Assembly: GCA_963792555.1 (NCBI GenBank)
Contig: CAWBWP010000004.1
Span: 472,809 to 496,808, forward strand
Direction of reading: 5' to 3'
Source: an uncultured Alphaproteobacteria bacterium
GTDB taxonomy: Bacteria; Pseudomonadota; Alphaproteobacteria; Sphingomonadales; Sphingomonadaceae
DNA: 24,000 bases
Part shown: piece after piece, positions 1 through 8,881 of the stretch
Numbering within the stretch: the first letter of the stretch is position 1
How the letters are laid out: each line of letters begins with the position of its first letter
The notes under the pieces: generated by a model
What the model was told of the DNA's origin: nothing
What the model saw: the letters and a program-made list of their open reading frames with translations, nothing else
The model's database searches: none
Made by a program: the position numbers and the translations under genes

Positions 1-111
1 GACGATGGTGTCGCCGGCCGGCGTGGCGGCGGGCAGCGTCGGGTCGGTCTGGGCGAGGGCAGGAACGGCAAGCGCGGCCGCAGCGCAGCCGGCAAGGTGG
101 AACAGCTTCAT
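1..111 (-). CDS. N-terminus of an exported protein truncated by the window edge; probable TonB-dependent receptor (BtuB-like)
   Basis: Minus-strand ATG at 111 reads MKLFHLAGCAAAALAVPALAQTDPTLPAATPAGDTIV and runs off the window. It has a clear signal peptide and a possible TonB box start (DTIV). It lies downstream of a cobalamin riboswitch on the same strand. Confidence 0.6.
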   Translation of the reverse strand, partial: MKLFHLAGCAAAALAVPALAQTDPTLPAATPAGDTIV

Positions 112-299
112 CGATGGTCATCCCGGGGCGGTCATGGCGACAGGACCGGGACACCGTCGACGACGGCCAGCCGCACGTCGGCAGCGGACACCCCAGGCGT
201 CGCCGGCGCACGACCGCAGCGGCCCCGGCCGCTCGGCTCGTCGCCCAACGAGATCGTCTCCGTCGCCGCGGCCAGTCCTTGAGCCACAGCACGAGCGAC

Positions 300-480
300 A
301 CGCCCCGGTCGGTCTCCTGGCTCGCGGGTCGTCGCCGCGGTCTGCTCACCTTCCCAGGGTCACCCCCAGTGGCTGCCGGGCCGAAGCCCCGCGCGCATAC
401 CGCCGCTCACCGCTTACAGTTACAAGGATAGCGGCAGAATTGGGGACCGACCCCGCACTGCCTTCCCGGTACCGATGCGT
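300..480 (-). promoter_or_regulatory. Cobalamin (B12) riboswitch, approximate bounds
   Basis: The minus strand contains CTTGTAACTGTAAGCGG, GCCACTGGGGGTGACCCTGGGAAGG and CGACGACCCGCGAGCCAGGAGACC, which are conserved blocks of the cobalamin aptamer in the correct order. Confidence 0.93.
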
Positions 481-676
481 CGACGCCATCCTAGCGCCGA
501 TCCGCGGCGCACGGAAGTCGTAGCGGCGGCGAAGGTAACGATGGCGGGATGCGGCCGAGGCGGCGCGACGAGAACCGCGGGACAGGCGCCTGCGCCTAAA
601 CGCCGTGCTCGGCGCCGGCGCTCACCTAACGCGGGGGGGAACGATCGCGACGCCGCTCCGTCCCGGGTGCGTGCCG

Positions 677-925
677 CTACCGATGCGCCGGCGCGGGGCC
701 GGAATGCTGATAGGTTGTCGTCTGCTGCGCGGCGGCGGCCCGGCGCTTGGCCATGACCGCGCGGTGGTGCCCGTACCAGCAGCCCGCGGCCGCGCCCAGC
801 ACCGCGTGATGGCCGGCGAAATGGCCGGCCGTCCCGCCCACCGCCGCGCCCGTCAGGCAGCCGGCGGTGGCGGGAACAGTCGTCGCGGCGAGCGCGAGTG
901 CCGCAGTGGCAGCAAGGATCTTCAT
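677..925 (-). CDS. Small exported hypothetical protein (82 aa) with glycine/alanine-rich segment
   Basis: ORF MKILAATAALALAATTVPATAGCLTGAAVGGTAGHFAGHHAVLGAAAG... has a signal peptide, and GGAG lies upstream of the ATG on the minus strand. Confidence 0.7.
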   Translation of the reverse strand: MKILAATAALALAATTVPATAGCLTGAAVGGTAGHFAGHHAVLGAAAGCWYGHHRAVMAKRRAAAAQQTTTYQHSGPAPAHR

Positions 926-979
926 GGGAATATCTCCAAACCTGGGCGCTTGAAACGCCCGGTCACCGTTTCGGCTCCC

Positions 980-1753
980 CTAGGCCATCCGTCCGGGTAC
1001 CGTCGGATGCGAGCTCGACAGGCCGCCGTCGACGGCGATCGCCTGGCCGTTGATGTAGCTCGCCGCGTCGGACGCGAGGAACAGCGCGACCTCGGCGATC
1101 TCCTCCGGTCCCGCGGCGCGCTTCAGCGGATTCAGCTGGCCGAGCTTGTGCTCGGTGCCGCGCGCGCGGGCACCGTCGAACCACGCCTGCGTCATGCCGG
1201 TCTCGGTCAGGCCGGGGCAGACGGCGTTGACGCGTACGCCGCTGCCGGCAAGCTGGTTTGCTGCGGTCGCGGCGAGGCTGATGACGCCGGCCTTGGACGC
1301 GCTGTACGGCACACCGCCGGCACCCGAGCGAATGCCGGCGACCGACGCGGTGGCGACGATCGACCCGCGGCCCTGCGGCACCATCACCCGCGCCGCCGCC
1401 TGCACGGTCAGGAACACGCCGATCAGATTGACGCGGAGCACGCGCTCCCACTCCTCGACGGTCAGGTCGAGGAGCGACGACAGCCCGCCGCCGACGCCGG
1501 CGTTGGCGAAGGCGAAGTCGAGCGATCCGTGGGCGGCCGCGGCGGCGACGGCGCGGTCGATGTCGGCCTTGTCGCCGGCGTCGCCCGTTATCGCCGTGAT
1601 CCGGTCGTGGCCATGGGCGGTGTCGCGAACCGCCTCGCTACGGTCGAAGGCGACGACCGTGCCGCCGCGCAGGGCATAGAGCTGCGCCGCCGCCCGGCCG
1701 ATGCCGCTCGCCGCGCCGGTGATCAGCGCGACTTTGCCGGTAAAATCCGTCAT
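980..1753 (-). CDS. SDR family NAD(P)-dependent oxidoreductase
   Basis: MTDFTGKVALITGAASGIGRAAA (TGxxxGxG), the NAG-like motif ANAGVGG, YSASKAG catalytic YxxxK, C-terminal NGQAIAVDGG. Confidence 0.95.
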   Translation of the reverse strand: MTDFTGKVALITGAASGIGRAAAQLYALRGGTVVAFDRSEAVRDTAHGHDRITAITGDAGDKADIDRAVAAAAAHGSLDFAFANAGVGGGLSSLLDLTVEEWERVLRVNLIGVFLTVQAAARVMVPQGRGSIVATASVAGIRSGAGGVPYSASKAGVISLAATAANQLAGSGVRVNAVCPGLTETGMTQAWFDGARARGTEHKLGQLNPLKRAAGPEEIAEVALFLASDAASYINGQAIAVDGGLSSSHPTVPGRMA

Positions 1754-1757
1754 CGCA

Positions 1758-2639
1758 TCACTCCCCAAGAGGTTGCCGGCCAAGAAATTGCCGCACGGTC
1801 GCGACGAAGTCGGCCGTACGGTCGTGGTGAACCCAGTGGCCGGCGCGCTCGAACAGCTCGACGCAGGCGTGCTGGAACGCTGCCAGTCGCCCGTCGGCCG
1901 CCGGGTTGGAAGCCCAGCTCTCGGCTCCATAGACGAGCAGCGTCGGCGCGGTGATGCGGCCCCACAGCGCCTCGACCTCGCCGTAGCCAAGATCGACCGG
2001 CGACCAGCTCCGCGTATAATTGTCGAACTTCCAGCTGAAGCTGCCGTCCTCGTTCTGCAGCACGCCGTGGATCGTCAGATGCCGCGCCTGCGCCTCCGTC
2101 AGGCGGGTGTTCTCGGCCATCATCCGTGCCAGCGCGGCGTCGATCGTCGGATAGCGCTTGGGCAGGCGTCCGGCGAGGCCGCGGACTTCGTCGATCCACT
2201 GCCGCACGCGCGCGTCCGCCGGCACCGCCTCGCGCTCCGCCCGCCATTTCGGGGACGGCCCCAGCCCCTCGATGGCGACGATCTTCGCCACCTGCTCGGG
2301 GTACAGGCCGGCAAAGCGCAGCGCGATGTTGCCGCCCAGCGAGTGCGCGACCAGCGTGACGGGGGCCAGCGCCAGACTGTGGACCAGCTGGGCGAGGTCG
2401 TAGACGAAAGCCGCCATGCCGTACTGGCCGTCGCTCGACCACTGGCTGTCGCCGTGGCCGCGGAGGTCGGGGGCGATCACGTGCCAGTCGCGGGCGAGAT
2501 CCTCGGCCACCCAGTCCCAGTTGCGGCAATGATCGCGCCCGCCGTGGACGAGGACCAGCGGCGGCGCGGCCGGATCGCCCCAGTCGACATAGTGCAGCCG
2601 CAGCCGCTGGGCGATGAAGTGGTGCGACGTCGGGGCCAT
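1758..2639 (-). CDS. Alpha/beta fold hydrolase
   Basis: 293-aa ORF with LVLVHGGRDH, DLRGHGDSQW, nucleophile elbow LVAHSLGGNIA and C-terminal GHWVHHD. Confidence 0.95.
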   Translation of the reverse strand: MAPTSHHFIAQRLRLHYVDWGDPAAPPLVLVHGGRDHCRNWDWVAEDLARDWHVIAPDLRGHGDSQWSSDGQYGMAAFVYDLAQLVHSLALAPVTLVAHSLGGNIALRFAGLYPEQVAKIVAIEGLGPSPKWRAEREAVPADARVRQWIDEVRGLAGRLPKRYPTIDAALARMMAENTRLTEAQARHLTIHGVLQNEDGSFSWKFDNYTRSWSPVDLGYGEVEALWGRITAPTLLVYGAESWASNPAADGRLAAFQHACVELFERAGHWVHHDRTADFVATVRQFLGRQPLGE

Positions 2640-2640
2640 G

Positions 2641-3058
2641 TCAGCGCTCGCCGTGCGCCGGCTGGCGGCTGGCCGGCCACGGCTCGCCGATGTCTTCGAG
2701 GATCAGGTCGACCGCCTCGACCTCGGCGCGCAGCGTCGGGCCGGCGGCGAAGGCGAGGGTCAGCGTCGGCGCGTCGCCGTCGAGGGTGATCGCGAGTAGG
2801 TCGAGGATCGCGTCGCCGTGCGGCCAGCCGCGCCGCTGCAGCCGGGTGACGCTTTCCAGCCGCAGCGCGGTGCGGACCCGCGTATGGTCGCCCGCTTCCC
2901 AGCGGAAGCGGTTGACCAGCAGCACCAGCCGCCGGGCGCGGGGTTCCCACGCGATGTCGGCGGCGTGGACGACGGCGTCCTGCACCAGCGTCGAGATCAG
3001 CGGCACCTCGACCGCTTCGTTGGCGAGCAGGAGCAGCCGCCCCGTCGGTTCGGCCGTG

Positions 3059-3066
<8 letters not shown>
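2641..3066 (-). CDS. DUF2948 family protein
   Basis: [57 protein letters not shown]... Position next to murA fits this family in sphingomonads. Confidence 0.82.
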
Positions 3067-4339
<1,273 letters not shown>

Positions 4340-4355
4340 CGATCCGTCATAGCGG

Positions 4356-4384
4356 GGGGCGCGCCCGCGGCAAGGGCGCGCCCC
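4356..4384 (-). terminator. Strong GC hairpin, possible terminator/attenuator between the CTERM metalloprotease-like gene and murA
   Basis: Perfect 11-bp arms GGGGCGCGCCC / GGGCGCGCCCC with 7-nt loop, just past the stop of the 4392..5207 gene. There is no U-tract. Confidence 0.4.
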
Positions 4385-4391
4385 GCCGCCG

Positions 4392-5207
4392 TCAGGCGAT
4401 CGCCCGCGCCGTCCGCCGCCGCAGCGCGCCGCCAACGCCGCCGAAGCCGGCGACGAACAGGGCCCACGTCGTCGGCTCGGGCAGCGCCTGGATCGAGTCG
4501 TTCCCGTCGTCGCCAACCGACAGCGCGTCGCCGACGCGGTAGCCGGGCCGCGTCTGCGGCAGCTGCGACGCGTCGACCTTCGCATAGATCGAGTTTAACG
4601 CCGCAAAGTCGGCGGCATCGGGCGCAAGGTTGGCCAAGGTCCCGTTGGCACCCCCATTGGTGCCGGTCGGATCGTTGGTGTAGTCCATGCAGGTACCGTT
4701 GTTGAGGTCGGTCTTGATCGTATCGTTGTGGGCAAGGCCCAGTGTGTGGCCGATTTCCTGACACGCCGTCATTGCCCGCCAGGCTGCTGTATTGAAGCTG
4801 CCGCTGGCGAAGTAATAATCGTTGAGCTTGACGGTCGCCTCAAGAATGACGGCACCACTAGTATAGACCGTGGCATAACCAAGCCAGCCGGTCTTGCCGT
4901 AGTTGGCGTCGCACACCTGTACCGTGCCGTATACCGGATTGCACGTCGAGGGTGCGCTCGTGCCGGCCACCTGCACGAAGTCGATGTTGTTTGCTGATGT
5001 CCACTGCGTTGCGGCTGTGGAAACATAGTTCTTCCACGCGCTGCTGACGTTACTGCCCAGCTCGATCGCCAGTGGCCCGGTACGGTTCCAGTGATACCCA
5101 TTCCAAGATTGCGTCGGCACTGCATAGGCAGTGGACGATGCAGTAACGGTCGCAGTGATTAAGGCACGCGCCAACATCCGGCGTGCGCCGGTCCCATTAA
5201 AGATCAT
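4392..5207 (-). CDS. PEPxxWA-CTERM sorting domain protein with metzincin-like motif (matrixin-like metalloprotease homolog)
   Basis: Exported N-terminus; [15 protein letters not shown] resembles HExxHxxGxxH; C-terminus [34 protein letters not shown] precedes the ATG. Confidence 0.85.
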   Translation of the reverse strand: MIFNGTGARRMLARALITATVTASSTAYAVPTQSWNGYHWNRTGPLAIELGSNVSSAWKNYVSTAATQWTSANNIDFVQVAGTSAPSTCNPVYGTVQVCDANYGKTGWLGYATVYTSGAVILEATVKLNDYYFASGSFNTAAWRAMTACQEIGHTLGLAHNDTIKTDLNNGTCMDYTNDPTGTNGGANGTLANLAPDAADFAALNSIYAKVDASQLPQTRPGYRVGDALSVGDDGNDSIQALPEPTTWALFVAGFGGVGGALRRRTARAIA

Positions 5208-5263
5208 GAAAATCTCCACCCGCTCGCGAACTACCGACCCCACGCCGGACTGCTCTATCCCCA

Positions 5264-5281
5264 AAGCAGCGTTCGCTGCTT
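5264..5281. promoter_or_regulatory. Perfect 8-bp inverted repeat, candidate operator
   Basis: AAGCAGCG-TT-CGCTGCTT in the divergent intergenic region, 56 nt upstream of the minus-strand start at 5207. Confidence 0.4.
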
Positions 5282-5451
5282 GTCTGTGACGTCTCTCGAT
5301 TAACAAATAACGTCGCGACAGGAAGAATCTCGCACTATTCGATCAAACGAGCGCACGATCCGACCAAGTGATCATCTGTCCTTCGTTGCGCATACGAAAC
5401 AAAAGCAATTGTTGCCCGGGTTTTTTTGCACGATCCGGGAACTTTCGGCTC

Positions 5452-5471
5452 CTGCCGCCAAACGTCGGCAG
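5452..5471. promoter_or_regulatory. Inverted repeat, candidate activator binding site
   Basis: CTGCCG-N8-CGGCAG, flanked by outer arms AACTT (5440-5444) and AAGTT (5472-5476), 61 nt upstream of the sigma-54-type -24 element. Confidence 0.35.
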
Positions 5472-5531
5472 AAGTTACATTCCGTCCCCGTTACGACCAG
5501 GCAAGACGTTGTTATTCTGCGATTAACGGAA

Positions 5532-5548
5532 TTGGCACGCTTGTTGCT
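5532..5548 (+). promoter_or_regulatory. Sigma-54 (RpoN) -24/-12 promoter
   Basis: TTGGCACG-CTTG-TTGCT matches the consensus YTGGCACG-N4-TTGCW, with exactly 10 nt between GG (5534-5535) and GC (5546-5547). It lies 76 nt upstream of the ATG at 5624. Confidence 0.85.
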
Positions 5549-5623
5549 GATATCTTGATATGGCCGAGTGCTGGTCATGCCCTGTGGGGGGGGTTTTAGT
5601 CTCTCACCGAAGGATTGTTGTTT

Positions 5624-6298
5624 ATGCTCAAGACCTTGCTTCCCGCCTTCGCCTTGCTCGCCGCCGCCGGCAGTGCTCAGGCGCTCACCTACACCAGCGT
5701 CGCCGGTGCCCCGGATCCGGGCGTCAGCGGGAACTCGCAGGTGTTCGTCACCTTCGACGCGCCCGTTGCGGACACCGGCTTCACGCTGACCGGCAACTAT
5801 GCGATCACCAGCGGCACTACGAGCGCTTCTGCGGCCCCCGCGGGCGACGCGACGAACTACCTGTATGTCTCGTCGGCGCTGCCCGGCAACACGGCCACCC
5901 TGAGCTCGCCGTTTGGTCTGAAGTCGATCGGCTTCTACTGGGGCTCGGTCGACACGTACAACAGCGTCGACGTGCTCGGCTCGAAGAACGGCGGGGCGAC
6001 GACCACGCTGTACACGCTGTCGGGATCGTCGCTGCCGATGGCGAACGGTGACCAGCAGTCGCCGATGACCAACCGCCGCGTCACGTTCGTCGCTGGCGGC
6101 GGCGAGGCGATCACCGGCCTGCGCTTCACCTCGACGGGCATCGCCTACGAAGTCGACGACGTCGCCGGCAGCCTGCTGCCCAGCGGCAGCCCGTCGGCGG
6201 TTCCCGAGCCGGCCTCGTGGGCGCTCCTGCTCGCCGGCTTCGGCGTCGTCGGTGCCGCTTCGCGTCGCCGCCGCAACGGGCTTCAGGTCGCCGCCTGA
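5624..6298 (+). CDS. PEPxxWA-CTERM sorting domain-containing protein
   Basis: MLKTLLPAFALLAAAGSAQA signal peptide; C-terminus VPEPASWALLLAGFGVVGAASRRRR. AAGGA RBS upstream. An alternative TTG start exists at 5615. Confidence 0.93.
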   Translation: MLKTLLPAFALLAAAGSAQALTYTSVAGAPDPGVSGNSQVFVTFDAPVADTGFTLTGNYAITSGTTSASAAPAGDATNYLYVSSALPGNTATLSSPFGLKSIGFYWGSVDTYNSVDVLGSKNGGATTTLYTLSGSSLPMANGDQQSPMTNRRVTFVAGGGEAITGLRFTSTGIAYEVDDVAGSLLPSGSPSAVPEPASWALLLAGFGVVGAASRRRRNGLQVAA

Positions 6299-6309
6299 GC
6301 CATGGACAC

Positions 6310-6345
6310 GGGCCGGCCGGGCATCTGCCTGGCCGGCCCTTTTCT
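6310..6345 (+). terminator. Rho-independent terminator
   Basis: GGGCCGGCC...GGCCGGCCC stem followed by TTTTCTT, immediately after the stop at 6298. Confidence 0.88.
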
Positions 6346-6959
6346 TATGCCAGGACGCCCAGACCCGTCAGCCAGGCGCGCGCCACCGCCGCGCCGGTGA
6401 AGACGTGGCCAACCAGTCCCGCGGCATCGGCCGCCACGACATTATCCGCGCGGTCGTCGATGAACGCGCCCTCGCCGCGGCCGAGACCGAAGCGACTCAG
6501 CGCCAGCGCGTAGATTTCCGGCGCAGGCTTGATGAAGCCGACCTCGCCCGAGACGACGATCCCGGCGAACCGGTCGAACAGCCGGATGCCCGGTCGCCAC
6601 GTCGCCCAGAACTCCGCGCTGTAATTGGTGATCGCGAACAGCGGCACGCCCGCCGCGTCGAGATCGGCGACGAGGTCGGGCATGCCGGCGATCGGTCCGG
6701 GCAGCGTCTCGTTCCACCGCTCGGCCAGGGCGCGGATGCGCGCCGCCTGACCCGGAAAGCGGGCGATCAGCTCGGCCGAGGTCTCGGCGAAGGGCCGCCC
6801 CGCATCATGCTGGAAGTGCCATGCGTGCGTGACGACATGGCTCAGGAACCAGTCGAGCTCGGCCGGATCGGCGATGATCTTTTCGTAAAGGTAGCGCGGG
6901 TCCCACTCGAACAGGACATGGCCGACGTCGAAGACGACGGCGCGCGGCCGCGAGATCAG
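6345..6959 (-). CDS. HAD family hydrolase/phosphatase
   Basis: [38 protein letters not shown] and FIDDRADNV are HAD motifs I-IV. The start is uncertain. A CTG overlapping the rpmJ stop is the closest candidate. Confidence 0.88.
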   Translation of the reverse strand: MISRPRAVVFDVGHVLFEWDPRYLYEKIIADPAELDWFLSHVVTHAWHFQHDAGRPFAETSAELIARFPGQAARIRALAERWNETLPGPIAGMPDLVADLDAAGVPLFAITNYSAEFWATWRPGIRLFDRFAGIVVSGEVGFIKPAPEIYALALSRFGLGRGEGAFIDDRADNVVAADAAGLVGHVFTGAAVARAWLTGLGVLA

Positions 6960-7081
6960 CCCTGGCGCGCCTTGAACCGGCGGTTGGTCTTGTTGATGAC
7001 GTAGGTCCGACCGCGGCGGCGCACGATCTGGCAATCGCGGTGACGCGCCTTCAGCGACTTGAGCGAGTTACGGACCTTCAT
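6956..7081 (-). CDS. rpmJ: 50S ribosomal protein L36 (bL36), 41 aa
   Basis: [41 protein letters not shown] is a near-diagnostic bL36 sequence. Confidence 0.97.
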   Translation of the reverse strand: MKVRNSLKSLKARHRDCQIVRRRGRTYVINKTNRRFKARQG

Positions 7082-7155
7082 CGGACTTCCAAGCGAATGC
7101 GGGGGGCAATAAAGCGAGCGCGCGGGGTACGCGGGCGGGCCTGCGAAGTCAAGGC

Positions 7156-8187
7156 TCAGGTCGGGCGCAGACCGCGCTCGTCGAGCTGGCGCTCCCACTC
7201 CAGCGCGTGCGCGACGATCGTCTCCAGCCGGTCGTAGCGCGGCGTCCAGTCGAGCAGCCCGCGGATGCGGTCGGTCGCCGCCACCAGCGTCGCCGGATCG
7301 CCGGCCCGGCGCGGCGCGACCGTCCGCGTCAGCTTGGCATTGGTCACGCGGTCGACCGCATCGAGGACCTCCAGCACCGAGAAGCCGCGACTGTACCCGC
7401 AGTTGGCGGTGAACGACTGCCCGGGGTGCGCCTCGAGCCAGTCGAGCGCGGCAACATGCGCCGCAGCAAGGTCGGTGACGTGGATATAGTCGCGGACACC
7501 AGTGCCGTCGGGCGTGTCATAGTCGGTACCGTAGATCATGACCTCGCGCCGAAGGCCTCGCGCGGCCTCGGCGGCGACGTGGATCAGGTGGGTCGCGCCC
7601 TTGGTCGACTGCCCGCTGCGCGCCTGCGGGTCGGCCCCGGCGACGTTGAAGTAGCGGAGGATGCCATGGCTCAACGAGTGCGCGTGAGCGACGTCGGCGA
7701 GCATCGTCTCGGTCATCAGCTTGCTGTTGCCGTACGGGTTGATCGGCGCCTTGCGCGCGTCTTCGGGCACGGGAACCAGCTCGGGGGTGCCGTAGACGGC
7801 CGCGGTCGAGGAGAAGACGAAGCGCGGGACGGCGTTCCGCACCGCCGATTCGATCAGGCTGCGGCTGGCGACAACGTTGTTGCGGTAGTAGTCGAGCGGC
7901 TTCGTGACCGATTCGGGCACCAGCAGCGAGCCGGCGAAGTGGAGGATGGCGGTGACGTTCTGCTCGGCGGCGATGCGGTCGATCAGCGCGCCATCGGCGA
8001 CGTCGCCGTGGTAGAACGGCACGTCGTCCGGTACCGCCCAGCGGAAGCCGGTGGCCAGCGTGTCGATCACGGCCACCGCGCGCCCGGCGTCGCGCAGGGC
8101 CAGCACAGCGTTGCTGCCGATATAGCCCGCGCCACCGGTGACGAGGACGGTTCCGGCGACGGTTCCGGCGGACGAGGCGGGGGACAT
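7156..8187 (-). CDS. galE: UDP-glucose 4-epimerase
   Basis: [59 protein letters not shown]. Confidence 0.97.
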   Translation of the reverse strand: MSPASSAGTVAGTVLVTGGAGYIGSNAVLALRDAGRAVAVIDTLATGFRWAVPDDVPFYHGDVADGALIDRIAAEQNVTAILHFAGSLLVPESVTKPLDYYRNNVVASRSLIESAVRNAVPRFVFSSTAAVYGTPELVPVPEDARKAPINPYGNSKLMTETMLADVAHAHSLSHGILRYFNVAGADPQARSGQSTKGATHLIHVAAEAARGLRREVMIYGTDYDTPDGTGVRDYIHVTDLAAAHVAALDWLEAHPGQSFTANCGYSRGFSVLEVLDAVDRVTNAKLTRTVAPRRAGDPATLVAATDRIRGLLDWTPRYDRLETIVAHALEWERQLDERGLRPT

Positions 8188-8233
8188 TGCTAACTCCGGG
8201 CGTATCGGTGCATCGAAAGGCGGCACCTGGGCG

Positions 8234-8881
8234 TTGTTACGGCGCGACAAGGTTCGCAAGAGGGTTTCGTTCCATGCGTCTCCGCGCCTGCCCCTGCTTC
8301 TCACGCCTGCGCTGCTGGCAGTGTCTGCCTGCACGACAACGCCGTCCGCCGACGTCAAGCGCTTCCACCTTGGCCAACCGGTGGCGCGCAGCTCGATCAG
8401 CCTCGAGCCGGCGCCCGGCGCCCCGGCGGGACTCGAGTTCCAGACCTATGCCGCCGCCGTTGCCAGCGAGCTTCGCGCCCAGGGCTTCGCGCCCGTCGCA
8501 CCGGGCACGGGGGCGGCGTACATCGGCACGCTCAACATCACCCAGAACGTCGCCGTCGGCCCGCGCCGGCCGTCGCCGGTGTCGATCGGCATCGGCGGCT
8601 TCGGCTTCTCCGGCGGCCGCGGCGGCGGGGTCGGCTTTGGCGGCGGGGCGACGGTGCCGGTCGGCCAGGGCCGGCGCGACGCGGTCGAGTTCGACCAGGT
8701 CGGCCTGCAGATCAAGCGCGCGGCCGACCAGTCGCTGATCTGGGAGGGCAGCGCGACGGCGGCGCTGGACACGCGGTCGCCCCAGGCGTCGCTCGCACGC
8801 GCGGTGCCAGCGTTGGCGCGGGTTCTGCTGGCGGGCTTTCCCGGACCCTCGGGCGTGACCCAGCACGTACCGCTCCGCTGA
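8234..8881 (+). CDS. DUF4136-like lipoprotein (start uncertain)
   Basis: Lipobox-like LLLTPALLAVSAC followed by VKRFHLGQP...LEFQTYAAAVASELRAQGFAPV and DQSLIWEGSA. No ATG in frame near the signal peptide. Confidence 0.75.
   Translation: MLRRDKVRKRVSFHASPRLPLLLTPALLAVSACTTTPSADVKRFHLGQPVARSSISLEPAPGAPAGLEFQTYAAAVASELRAQGFAPVAPGTGAAYIGTLNITQNVAVGPRRPSPVSIGIGGFGFSGGRGGGVGFGGGATVPVGQGRRDAVEFDQVGLQIKRAADQSLIWEGSATAALDTRSPQASLARAVPALARVLLAGFPGPSGVTQHVPLR

Noticed and set aside
944-960. GGGCG-CTTGAAA-CGCCC hairpin upstream of the SDR gene
   Set aside because: Only 5 bp of stem and no T-tract on either strand, so too weak to call a terminator.
5372-5578. 68-aa minus-strand ORF in the CTERM intergenic region
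   Set aside because: No RBS or domain motif is evident, and it covers the sigma-54 promoter and dyads of the opposite gene. Better treated as non-coding.
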